Shown piece after piece: positions 52,370 to 64,000 of a stretch of 64,000 nucleotides of DNA (within the stretch, counting starts at the first letter, position 1; every line of letters starts with the position of its first letter). The notes under the pieces are model-generated. The model was not told the DNA's origin. It was given only the letters and a program-made list of their open reading frames with translations, and did not search any database. A program made the position numbers and the translations under genes. The stretch is taken from positions 70,124,001-70,188,000 of the forward strand of contig NC_087437.1 in the NCBI RefSeq assembly GCF_036321535.1. The letters run 5' to 3'. This stretch comes from Camelus dromedarius (taxonomy: Eukaryota).

Positions 52370-52935
52370 TGTGGAAAGGTTTTGCCTTCAGAGTATCCCT
52401 TCTCCTACCCCTGGTAATAAAATACTGATTTTCCTTGGGAAACAACTCCTCTCACTTTCAATCCATGACACTTGGTAAAACTGATTCCATCATTAGTAAC
52501 AGGGGGAAGGCAGTGAAGCAGGCTAAGGTGATCAGAGCATGACCTTCTGGCCACAGTGATTGGCTCTGGGAAGAGCACATGATGATCTCAAAGACAATCT
52601 GAGCTAATCCTGAGACTATTTTCCAGACTCATAAGAAGAGAGCCCTCTCTCTGCTGAGTTTCTGAAAACATGAGATTAAAGGCCTAACACTGCTGGCAAT
52701 CATACTGCCATTAAAAGAAAGAGATTGCCTGAGAAAAGACCTAATCCAGAGATAAGCAGCACCAAGTACCAAAAGAGAGAACCCTGGAGCCACTGGTTGA
52801 GCCCTTAGATCCACCCTTTCCAGAAGCCATTTCCCTTCGGAATTCCCAGTTAGTTGAACCAGTAAGTTCCCTTCTTACTAATTTGATTGAATTGGATTTG
52901 TTGTCACTTGCAGCTCAAAGGTTCTTGACAAACTT
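52370..52935 (+). mobile_element. MLT1K-like LTR
   Basis: ctggccacagtgattggctc...ttcccagttagttgaaccagtaagttccctt...tgtcacttgcagctcaaaggttcttgac. Confidence 0.75.
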
Positions 52936-53484
52936 ATTCTTGTATTTAATTAATCATCCCAAAGGATACTAATTTTCTTTCCATTAATCTTATTTTAATT
53001 GAAAGAAAAGATAAATTATTAAGAAATCATATTTGTGATTTTATATATAATTTTATAGGCACACAATTTATCTTAATACCTTCCCACCAGGATGGATCCT
53101 ACAAGTGGATACCAACCATCATTTGTTAATTTGGAGTAAAGGGAAGTCTATACTTAAAACCACTGACCAAGACCACAAGTTCATAGGGAATAAGGATGAA
53201 TATTAGGGTATTGGTACACTGGCATATTCCCCATGCTTTCTAATAATATAAACACACTCATTTCCCTCAACTATGTGCAGTAAGGGACTAGTCAAATTTC
53301 AAGAGATCAGAAATTCTGCTGACCTGGTCTAAAAATATTAATGTCCTATTGTAGTAGCATAAAGCTTACCATCTCAATAAATCTACTGTTTATTACAAAG
53401 GGTTTACTACCTGCCAGCATCCCTGCAAAGAGTATGACATGTCAAATATTCCACTGAAACTTAAGACTCTATTACAAATTCTAC

Positions 53485-53612
53485 TAAAAATTAGAAAACT
53501 GAGGTTCCTGAAAATTAAACAGCTTAACCAAAGTTCAGTTACATATGGAGAGCTGAATTTGAAACCAAGTCCGTATTAAGATCCCAAACCTGTGACCTCA
53601 ACTATATTATTC
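53485..53612 (-). mobile_element. MIR fragment
   Basis: agaaaactgaggttcctgaaaattaaacagcttaaccaaagttca...gaatttgaaaccaagtc. Confidence 0.7.
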
Positions 53613-53994
53613 TAAGCCCATAATCTTCTTACCTTTCCATCTCTTGCACACCATCATGGTTACCAATTGAGCTCAATAGAATGTTGATCCAATTAATTCA
53701 ACTCAATTTCTTGAGTTTCTACCCCCGTTGTACTCTTTCCTGACCTCACTGCTAGGATTCCCAAGCTCCCCAAACTTTGAGGATTTACTCCATCTTAGAG
53801 AACAACTATCCAGAAAAACTCAGCCTTATTGTGGGAAAAAGGAAAGAGAGCATATAAGGAGTCTTCCAGTCCTCTGTAACTCACCATACTATTACAAACT
53901 CATCATCCTCCTCTTTAAACCAACTCTTCCTCTAAAGCAAACAGCAAATCTCAAGTTATTTGAACAGATTCCTCAAGTAAAGTATTCAACTAGT

Positions 53995-54762
53995 TGCTAA
54001 ATTCTGTAAATTCCCCCTTCAAGATTACTCCTCTCTGTTACTTTATAATTCTCCTACGGCATCTTTTGTATTACCTGCTCTTCTTAGGAATATTGTAAGT
54101 TCTTTCTAGCTGGTTCCTCTGTCTCTGATCTCTCCCTCCCTGACTCCTCCTTGAGACCTAAAAGACCCCTTTTATCACATTACTTATCAGCTTAAACAAC
54201 AACAACAACAAAACTCCATACACTCCTATTGTTTGCTGAATGATTTTTAAAAGTTTAAACATAGCTTCTAAGGACTTGGGTAAAGTGGCCTCTATCTCCT
54301 TTTCTCTCCTTTTACCTCCCTACATAAACTTTTATTCCAAAGTAGCCTGGTTGTTTGCCTCTAAATTCAGCTTGCTTTCTCAACTCTCTGATCCTGTTCA
54401 CATTGTTCACTCTGCATGAGATGCACTTTCCCTTGTCTCCACTCACAGTGATTCTGTCTCATCCTTGGAGACTCAGGTTACATTCCATTTCATCTGGATC
54501 TCCAACCAGAAATTACTCCTCTTCCTCTGAACACCTAAGGAGCTTACTGATATCACTTCCTTGATACTGATTCCATACTTCCTTGTACTCCAACTGTGCA
54601 AGTAAGGATTTCATTCCCCCTGCTAACTATTAAGAGCACTTTTAAGAGCACAACTCACAACTTACCCATCCTTATACCCCAATACAGCACCTGGCCTAGT
54701 AGTGCCTCGGCTATAACAGATACTGCACAAACATACTAACTGAATAAATGAAATACATGAAA
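53995..54762 (+). mobile_element. L2 LINE 3' portion
   Basis: Pyrimidine-rich L2 body ending cagcacctggcctagtagtgcc...tgaataaatgaaatacatgaa. Confidence 0.7.
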
Positions 54763-54774
54763 CAGGTAAAATGT

Positions 54775-55510
54775 TGTGGGAGTCAACATCCAAGATGGTC
54801 CCTAAGGATTCTTGCCTCCTGGTATTCATGTCCTTGTGTAATTCCCTCCCACATAAAATACCAATAAGATACTGCAGAAATGACAGAATGTAACTTCCAA
54901 GGTGAAATCACAGGAGATCTTGTGAACACCAAGAGTGACCATAATGTGAACTATGGACTTTGGGTGATTATGATGTGTCAGTGTGGTTTCATCAGTTGTA
55001 ACAAATGCACCACTCTGGTGAGGACATGTGTTGATAATGGGTGAGGCTAGGCATGTGTGAGGGGAGGGAGTATATGGGGAAATCTCTGTATTTTCCTCTC
55101 AATTCTGCTGTCAAACTAAAACTGCTCTGAAAAATTAAGTATTCAGAAAACATATTGTGGCTTTCACTTTGTGCTCTCTTCCATCACTTGCTTTTGGGGA
55201 AGTGAGTAATTGTGTCATAAGAACACTCAGGCATGGTGGGGAATTGAAGCCTCTTGCCAAGAGCCAGCCCCAACTTGTTTACTACGCAAGTAAGCCATCT
55301 TGGCAGTGTTTCCCCAAACCCAGTCAAATCTTTAGATGACTACAGCCCCAGCAAACATCTTGATTACACTCTCCTAAGACATCCTAAGACAGAATCACCC
55401 AACTAAGCTCCTCCAGATTTCCTGATCCACAGAAACTGCGTGAAAAAAATATATTTTTAAGATTCTAAATTTCATGATAAATTGTTATAAAGCCATACAT
55501 AGTTAATATA
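54775..55510 (+). mobile_element. MLT1F-like LTR interrupted by an L1MC 3' fragment
   Basis: caagatggtccctaaggattcttgcctcctggtattcatgtccttgtgtaattccctcccaca...; resumes at ~55150 and runs to cctgatccacagaaactgcgtga. Confidence 0.85.
54920..55150 (+). mobile_element. L1MC1-like 3' end nested in MLT1F
   Basis: aacaccaagagtgaccataatgtgaactatggactttgggtgattatgatgtgtcagtgt...aaactgctctgaaaaattaagt. Confidence 0.9.
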
Positions 55511-55789
55511 TAAGTCTTCATGGTAGCTGTAAACATAAGAATATGAAAATCCAAGGAACTTCCATTGGGTTTGAGAAGAAGAGAAAAATGGGAAATAATA
55601 CAAAAAGAAAAAAACTTCAAAAATTTGAATTCCTGAGTTGTGCATGCAAGGTTTTTCTATGCTAGAGGCCATTTATGAAATATTGCTTTCAGTATCCAGG
55701 TCTCTGCATGTCTCTGATTTGTGAGTCATAATCTCTAGGTATGTTTGTACTAATCCTAATTATCAAGCATATGATAAGTATTGGTGACC

Positions 55790-56010
55790 TTCATTTGTTT
55801 AGCGTTTCTATGTGCCAGAAATTCTTCTACGATCGTCCCAACACCCTAGGATATAGATCCTCTCATCATCCCCGTTTTATAGAAGAGGCCACTGAGGCAC
55901 ACAGTAACTAAGTAACTTGCTCAAAGATTCAGAGATGGTAGGTGGCAAAGATGATTTTTCATCCAGGTAGCCTCGATACATAGCCCACACTCTGAATCAC
56001 TATGCTGTAT
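55790..56010 (-). mobile_element. MIR
   Basis: atccccgttttatagaagaggccactgaggcacacag...aagtaacttgctcaaagattcaga. Confidence 0.85.
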
Positions 56011-56739
56011 GAGATACAATGCTTCTTTTAAAACTTGACAATATATATAATATTTCATAGAAATCATTTAAGGTATTAATTAAGTTTATTTAAAATTGGT
56101 GGCTAAAATAAACTTATAGATTGGGCCCAGCAATTCTCACTTGGTTACAAAATGGTCTTACTTTACTTCCTTTGATAGTTAAAATTGTGAAGTAGAGCCA
56201 AGAGTCTGCCTCATTCTGAACTCTCTCAAGAGACACTCTCAAATCTTTGAGTGTATTTATCTCCAGCATAGTGGGATTTGAAGCATCCTTCGATTCAAGT
56301 TGGTTGCATCAAACAGTGATATTTGAACCCAGAGTGCAGTTGATGGTTTTTAAAATACAACAAAATCCATTTTATTCTCTTGTTGAAGTCTGGAAGGAAC
56401 ATGGTAAATTACAAAAAATATATAATTTGGGAGATATTTTCATTTGGCCTATTTTCAACAAATGCAGTTCAAAATCCTAAGGAAGACAGGAAAATCTGTA
56501 GGACCTTGCCCTCAAGGAGTTTATACTCTAACAGTTGTAGATTGATTACAATAGCTTTTTATTGTCAATAAGATAAACTGTATTGTAAGAATGGAAAAAA
56601 ATAGATGTTATAATTTTTTTTCACATCTCAAGCACTCAACAAAACCTTTCATAGACTGGCTCATAGATTGGAAAGTCAAAATAATAGATCCTTTCTCAAT
56701 ATTCTAAATGCAAACAACCAGTAAACATAATAAATATTT

Positions 56740-57875
56740 TTAAAATGTATTAATTTTGTTTTAATTTATAAATACATACAAAATAAATACAAAAAGTAGT
56801 TAAAAAAAAAGCTATAAAAAAAGATCTCTCTTCTCTTACCCTTCCTCTATCTCCACCTTCCTAAGCAAACCAGTTTATTTTTTTTTCCATATCTTGCCCC
56901 ACACCCAGATATATATTTGAAAACAAAAATACACATATACAAAGTGTTTTGTGGTGGCTGCCATTTTTCTGGTTTTATAAAAATGGGATCTCAAACACTA
57001 CATATTATCTTTCAAATTAATACTGTTCCTTAATAGTATATTATAGACATTCTATCAGGTCAATAGATAGAAAAGTTAACTCATCCCTGGTAAAGGTTAC
57101 ATAATGGTCCAAAACTATACATTATTTTATTCTACCATCCTTCTACTGTTAATCAATTCTTCTCTAGAAACTTTTGTCACTATAAATAGCACCAAAATAA
57201 CACATTCTTGTACAAAGGGCCTACATCTAAGATGAATCTCCATTGAGTAGTCATTTTAAATTTAAATAAAATTTTCTAGGTGATTATTCACGGCAAGGTT
57301 ATAGAACTTCACATTGCCAGGTGCCAAAACAATCTATTTTGTAACCTGGCCAGCACTAGATCTTCTAACTCTGTAGTTTTTGCTAATCCCATGGGTAGAA
57401 AATAACTTCTTGTTATCTTAATTTTTATTTTCTTGTTAATATGGAAAAGTATTTTTATAAATATTTACAGACCACTTAGACTTTTTTCTTCTCATAATTG
57501 TATCTTGTCCATTTTTCTCTCTGTTACATCTTTTTTTCTTATTGATATGTAGAGTCAAATTGTACTAGTTTTTTGTCTCTAATTGGGTTGCAAATAACTT
57601 TTTCCAGTCAATCCCTTGTTTTTTTCCTTTTAATTTTGTTTATGGAGTCTATTAACACCCAAACACTTTTACTTTCATGTAGACTAATACGGTTTCTGAG
57701 TTTGCTTGCTTAAGTTCCTGCAAGCCCAAGATCACATGACAGTTTTCTAAATTTTCTTAAGTATTTTATTATTTTATTTGGATCACATTCTTTTTCTTTT
57801 AACATGCTGGAGATATTGTTTCATTGTCTTCTAGCTTCCAATGTTGGAGATGAAAAGTTTCATACTAGTCTCATT
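56740..57875 (-). mobile_element. Degraded old L1 (L1ME-like)
   Basis: T-rich reverse L1 3' motifs, e.g. cattgtcttctagcttccaatgttgg. Confidence 0.5.
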
Positions 57876-57880
57876 TTCCT

Positions 57881-57936
57881 TTTTTGGGGGGGAGGGTAAT
57901 TAGGTTTATTTATTTATTTAATGGAGGTACTTGGGA
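57881..57936 (-). mobile_element. 3' fragment of camelid Vic-1-type tRNA SINE
   Basis: ttttggggggggagggtaattaggtttatttatttatttaatggaggtac matches the reverse-complement tail of the camelid SINE as I recall it; the tRNA head is missing. Confidence 0.75.
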
Positions 57937-59397
57937 GTCTTCTGTTTAACCCTACTGTCTGGAGGTTTGAAAATTTTTTCTTTTTAGCTTTTTAATTTAA
58001 TAATCTCACCAGCGTTTATTTTCATTAATACTGCCTACTGCTTAGTACCTTTCTGCTTTAGAGGTACTAAGAATTTTTACCTCTAAAATATAGTGAATAT
58101 AGTAAATAAAAACCTGAAATCTTTGTGATTTTCTTTCCCTTAAACATGAGTTTCTCCTGATCAGCCTCAAGGGGAACTAGGATATTTACAGTAGGAGTAC
58201 AAAAAGTTCACTAGTCACTATTCCCTTCTATGTTTTTGATTTCCAAATGGTCTCTTAAAGCCCTCTTCAAAAACAATAGTCCCGGCAACAGCTTTGATTC
58301 ATATGAATCAAACTGCAAAAGGTAAGATTTGTTAAGAGCAGAAAAGATCTTGCAGAAAAGCTCTTGAAAAACAAGCGAGATATAGATTTATATATAACAA
58401 CAGACAGGACAGACAATAGAAAGACCCAGAAGACTCCTGACCAAGGATCTCTGAACGAAGGGTATACAGAGTGGCAGGAGGGAGAAAGAATGGGGTGAAG
58501 CATGACCATGAATGAGATGGGTAGAACCTAAAGCTAAGGGGAAAGACCTGGGATAACCCTCAAAGGGGATCCACTTGGGAGGCCAAACCCAATCTGCAGA
58601 TCTTTGGCCATTCAACTGAGCGCAACACAAGTGCTGAGGTCCAAGCTGGGTATTCTCAGTGCTGTCAAGTGAGATCCTGCATGACATCCTGAACTGTGCT
58701 CACATCTAACCATAACCTGAGACTGGACTGAATTTCATTTGAACTCTGGTATGGACATCTCCAGGATACTTGTAAGCCCCTGAAAGAGATGGTGTATATC
58801 CTGATACCCAAAAGCTAACTGGTAGTAATATGCATGGAGAAGTCCTCATCACCTGTAGTTTGATGGGACTGGGCAGTGTGAAAGCCACCCCATCACATAA
58901 TCTTTTTAAAGATACTTCTAATCGCCCATTTTATTCTCTGCCCCAAAAAAGTATGTTACAAAGTAGTTTTAATGTTGTAAAGGCAATTTATTACTATATC
59001 AATGTAAGTTTGAGGACTCAGGAATGCTAAAAGGGTATAAATATTGATAGGGAATAAAAAGGGTTACTTTTAGTATTTAGGTACTATTGAGTAGAAGGTA
59101 CTAGAAATAGTTGAGTTACTGTCACCGATTCACATAGCGAATTAGTGTCACTACTTCAGGATATTACTCAAACTTATGCTTTTCAATCTCTAAAACACTT
59201 CTAACCAAATGGAAAAAAGTTAAAAGCCACCTGATGACATTAAAAAAAAAGAATTATTATTATCAATCTTCACAGTATGTTTTTGGAGGAGAATTTTATT
59301 TTCTTTTAGAAAGTCTCTTCTAAATACTAATGATGGATTGAGATTCAAAAGGAAAGAAAACAATAAAAAAAATGCTTCACCCTAGAAAAATATACCA

Positions 59398-59632
59398 GTC
59401 TTTTTCAATCAAAATTTTGTGGCTTTATTCCTTTGATAACTATGTAAGTTTAAAAAGCTAAAGATCTAATCTGTTCTCAAAAAAAATAATTCGCACATGT
59501 ATTAAAACTAAAAAAAGTACAGTATAATGTATACATGTATTTACATGCAATATAATGTGTATATGCAGTTGAACTATAATAATTCTACCTAATAAAACTG
59601 AAAAGGGAAAAGAAAAAAAGAGTTAAAAAAAA
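59398..59632 (+). mobile_element. Unidentified TSD-flanked retroposed insert
   Basis: 14-bp direct repeats agaaaaatatacca (59384-59397, 59633-59646); AATAAA at 59591 followed by an A-rich tail. Confidence 0.7.
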
Positions 59633-61189
59633 AGAAAAATATACCAACCCCTGTTGTAGAGGAAATCACAGCTTGGCCTTGGTCTGTGTGACATTTCAGT
59701 TCCAAACTGAAACACTAGACTACATTGTTCCTTATCTCTCAGTATGCTAAGAAACCAATTATGTTAAATAATATTGCCTGGAGGGATTTTTTCAGAGCCA
59801 CCAGAGAAAGATCAATGCAATAACCTAGGACCTTAAATGTCAATATTTAGATCTAGGAAGCACACAATTTTCAAAAATACGTTTTTATTAAATATTATTT
59901 TTATAACACATTTTCAACAATTAACATTTAATTAATATTAATTAATATTAAAATTGTGATCCTTTGGTGAACAGCAGTTGGAAAATACAGCAGGACAAAT
60001 AAATTATAAATACCAAATATTTACTGAAATAATACTTCAAGAAAAACATAAGGTTCTTATATCAATCCAAAGGGACTTATTTAACTGACTACAACCTTTA
60101 ATATAACTATCAATCAGATGGGTTAGATATTCACTCCCTTCATTTCCCACACACAGAAATGCTACACATTTCTGACTTGCATAAATAATAAATTGTCCTT
60201 TTGTCAAAGATGAGCCTTTATTGTTCAATCCTTCAATCAAAATGGAAGCACCAAATGGAAAACTATATCCCCAGGCAAGAAAACAGTGAGCTTCAGGAGA
60301 TACGGGATTTAAAACAAAATTAATGTTGTAAAATATGAAAGAAAAGATTAAAATATTTATCAGGGAAATAATATCTAAATAACTTAACATTAGTAAAAGA
60401 GCCCTGTGAGAAAATAATGAGCTATTTAAAGCAGATGCGCAGAACTCACCACAGGCAGCATTTCTTCAAAGGAAGGAGAAAAGCTTGATCTAGTCGGGGC
60501 ACTGACCCTAATGGTGGCAGCCCTGGGTCCTATTCTACATTATGCCATTGAAACTGCTATGAGGATTTGAGCCACACACTGTGTCTGTTGGTGGGGTCCT
60601 GAATATTTTTCATTCACCCCTTCTCAATACTCATCCACTGAATCTATGCTGTAAGGAGCCCAGGTAAAGCCAGATGCATAAATGCTTTAATAGCAGAGTT
60701 CTCAATTGGGAATATCCAACAAATATGGCCTACTTCTTAAATCTGCATTGTGTCAAGAACAATATAAAATTTCTGGTGAGAATGAGGTAACTATTGACCT
60801 CTTCAAGGAGCTTCTTGGACACATTGATATTCCTCCCTGCCTATATCCTCTAGTGCTGTCTTTCTTCCACACCCTCAAATAGGAGATGGGCTGATCTAAA
60901 TTGGTCAAATAAAAGGACACACATTGGGCCTCAGTTCCAAGTTCTGAAATTTCAAAAGCAATTAGGAATCATCTTTGGGTTCCTTTTTGGACACTAAGTC
61001 TCAGGAATTTGGGGATTTAAAATATGGTCTCAAAAGTCCTACTCTTATCCACCTTTCTTAGGTCTCTCAACCTTGCTTTCCCTTCTGCTTCTCAAGGGTA
61101 TATGAGTCCTGAACTGTAATATCCAACCCCAGGTTTTAGCTGGGAGGCGAAAATGAAGCAAGTGGGCCTTTCAGCCGCTGGTTTTAGGC

Positions 61190-62450
61190 CATTCAATATA
61201 TACACTGCTTAAGCAATGGACTTCCGCACAGAGTCCAGCTAAACGCACCAGAGTTCTGCATTGGAGTTTGGATACAAAGCTCCAGATGTTACTTTTCCGT
61301 GATTTATCTCCTCTGTACAACTATTTCTTGGAGTCTTCCGAGGCAAGAATTGGTCAGTGAAGATCTGGATGTGAATAGATACTCTGGATCTCTTGGCCAA
61401 ATACTGTAATACTACCTTAATAACATGCAGGAATAGTCACCTGCATACCATTTTGATAGGACTCTGTTGCTACAGAAAGTACAAACTACACTATCAATAT
61501 TTGAGGAAACAATTATGAATCTTCTAGTTGTTGTGGGTTCAGTCTGCTATTGTCTTATCAATAAAGCTTGTGGGCATATGTTAAATAATTTCTACCTGGA
61601 TGGGGAACCACTTCTCTGCACCTTTTGCAGAGGGTATAGACTGCCCGAGGCAGTTTTGGCTAAGGCCATGGACCAAAAAACATACCTGGTTCAGATTAGA
61701 AACAGGCCAGGCTCAAGGCATCTACTTTTACATAAATGTCAGAACTCACTTCTCACAAGTTCTAGAGACCCCATGACTTCTGCCAGTTGAAGATGACTCC
61801 AGAGGGCCTTGTGAGATCTAAATAGAACAAGAATTTTCACAGATTCTCAGAGTAATTTGAATTCATTAAGGCATCCTCAGATCTTTCTTTACCTTTTGAG
61901 GAACACTGATTCATAGAGAACTTGAACCAGGAGAATCTTATGGATTAACTGTGGGTTCTGTGTATATCACCCTTAGCTTCTCTTCCATATTATACCCTGC
62001 CCTGACAACCACCCCCACCCCCATCAACTCTACAGACCATGCCTCATATCTGTAGCCATGGGCATCTGACCTTTCTAGGGTTAGTGAAATTCCTATAATT
62101 TTGCACCATGGCATGTTTTTTAACAAAACCATTGTGGCAAATCCTACCTCTCTTTAAGTTATACAGACTATATGACAGTCTTCTGTGCAACAGTGGGACC
62201 CCTAAGTCACATTCACTAACAATATGCCTCCACCTAATTTGGTCTTTTCTAGAGGGTTATATAATTGCCAACCCCTTTCTAGTACCAGCTTCTTCACCAA
62301 TTATCTTATATGCAGATATTATTCCAAAATCTCTAACCACTGAAGTTTCTGGGTCTCCAATCAACATGTTGCTAATGGGAAGTAATCATCTCCTCTAACA
62401 AGTAGTTTCTATAAAAGCCAACCACAAGTTCTCCTAAATGGACTGGCATG
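61190..62450 (+). mobile_element. Probable ancient Ty3/Gypsy internal-region fossil (gag Zn-knuckle, protease, integrase)
   Basis: Colinear degenerate motifs: CPAK-like double CCHC (61195-61290), LLVxxGSxxxxLINK protease-like (61518-61568), WxxLxxxIxxPF and D-YYSK integrase-like (62240-62330). Confidence 0.5.
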
Positions 62451-62864
62451 CCCTTTCCCCTTTATAGCTGCTCATACAGCAGAAAGTATCTGTGGCCTCC
62501 AAGTCTTTTTTGGCCCAGTCTGGTAGTTCTTCATCTTGTTCTTAGAGTTTTGAATATTACTGGCTTCTAGCTTTTTGCTTTTTGGAAACCTCCCAAACAG
62601 AACTCCCAGTATTCTTGACTGAAGACTTAATATGGTGCAGATCAATGTCCCCAAGGCTTCTCTCTTCCACACTAACATTTCTACCATCAGCCTCTCAAAT
62701 TAATGTTCTCAAAGTATCCCTTCTCCTCATTACTCAGCTTCCAAGTCTATTGCCTATCCCTGTTATCATTCTCTGGCTAAAGCTTAGGCTTCCTTAGCCT
62801 CTCTCAAGAACATGCATGTACCTTTCAGGTCTTGCTTTTAAAACAATCAGACATGCATTCCCCT

Positions 62865-63072
62865 GACCCTTCCTCCTTTCCACTGGCTGCCTGGGAGATG
62901 GAGAGAAATGGTACCACTCTCTTGGGCCCAATGATAAAGCCTGGGGTTGAGATTTGAAGAGCCACCTTATCACTCTGGACTATTACATGAGAGAGAAATA
63001 AACTTTATCTTGTTTAAAGCTCTGTATTTTGAGCTCTGTGACAGCAGCTCTAGTTTGCACATAGCAAATTCA
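62865..63072 (+). mobile_element. MLT1H/I-like LTR 3' fragment
   Basis: ctggactattacatgagagagaaataaactttatcttgtttaaagc. Confidence 0.7.
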
Positions 63073-64000
63073 CTTCCCACTTATCTTAACAAACACCCCC
63101 TAAATCTCATAGCTAGTAGAGTTTTCCAAGACAAATAAATAAGCTTAATTCTAATAATAATCCTTGATTACACAATGCTATCATAAAGAAACTAGAAGGG
63201 GGCTAATAATTGTTTTATAACCCTGTGTGGTCAGCAAAGGAACAGAGAACAATGCTTAAAACTGTTTTGATCTCTATTCTGCATTTCAAGATCAGGAAGT
63301 TTTCAAGAACTCTGCATTCTTCATTTATATCCGATCTAATTCAGCATCCTATGGCAGCAGAACTGTACATGAGTTTTCTTTACTAGATGTGAAGAAAGAA
63401 TTTGAAAGAAATGTAGGCATGACCACCAATCACACAGTCCCTAAAGAAAATCTAAGAGGAGGAATTTTCTGAGCAGTTATGAAAATTTCTCCCTTATGGC
63501 TTCTAACTGTTCCATCTCAGGCTGATTATTAAGGGTGATGCCCAAGGGGAGACATGCTACAGTGTTTGTGATAAGGAATACTATTTTCTCTCTGTGGGGT
63601 ACACAGGGAGAAGATGTGCTTAGTCCACATGGTTTATAAAATAGTATTAACCACATACTCTCATCTGAATAGTCTGTCTCAAGAATAATGACTTCGCATC
63701 TTTTTACCTTTTCTACTTCCTTCCCAAAGGACCCTGTAGCAGTGCATCATGACATCCCCAAAGGGGACTCACACAACTATCAGGTAGGTGTCTCAGGAAA
63801 TTGAAGGAGAAAATATGAGAGGATTTTTATAACAGCCAAGATCCTGGGACTATTAGGATGGCAACTCTTCAAGCATGTAGAGATGTTCCCCCAGGATATT
63901 CTAGAGGATCCAAAGAGCCAGTTGGAGAATCACTTGGATGCACAAATTCATCATCAGCATCTTCAGCATCACCATCAAACATTACAAGTAACCATTGTGT

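Noticed and set aside
59928..59950. 18-bp AT-only palindrome
   Set aside because: Explained by tandem duplication of attaatatta in low-complexity sequence.
63800..63940. Possible further L3/CR1 3' fragment
   Set aside because: Similarity too weak to support by eye.
1..64000. CRISPR arrays, operons, tRNA/rRNA genes, CpG islands
   Set aside because: Mammalian repeat-rich DNA; no regularly spaced repeat-spacer array, structural RNA gene or CpG island was seen.

Overview
AT-rich, CpG-poor mammalian non-coding DNA (long intron or gene desert). It is most likely camelid (camel/alpaca), inferred from a Vic-1-type SINE tail and young L1 3' ends of the type I recall from camelids. No protein-coding gene is recognisable; the supplied ORFs are chance frames or LINE-1 ORF2 debris. 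A large fraction is interspersed repeats: L1 of several ages, L2, MIR, MLT1 (ERVL-MaLR) solo LTRs, hAT MER102/MER5, and CR1/L3. Several of these are nested or have clean target-site duplications (TSDs). The most notable signals are: a clustered RFX X-box/AP-1 element at ~43.77-43.92 kb followed by a chain of plus-strand candidate exons (possible unannotated spliced transcript); a readable CR1 endonuclease fossil at ~28-29 kb; a probable Ty3/Gypsy gag-protease-integrase fossil lacking RT at ~61.2-62.45 kb; an internally deleted L1 whose junction coincides with the start of a second orphan ORF2 fragment; and an unidentified TSD-flanked retroposed insert at 59.4-59.6 kb. I found no convincing new biological system. 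Repeat subfamily names are from memory of consensus sequences and boundaries are approximate unless TSDs are given.
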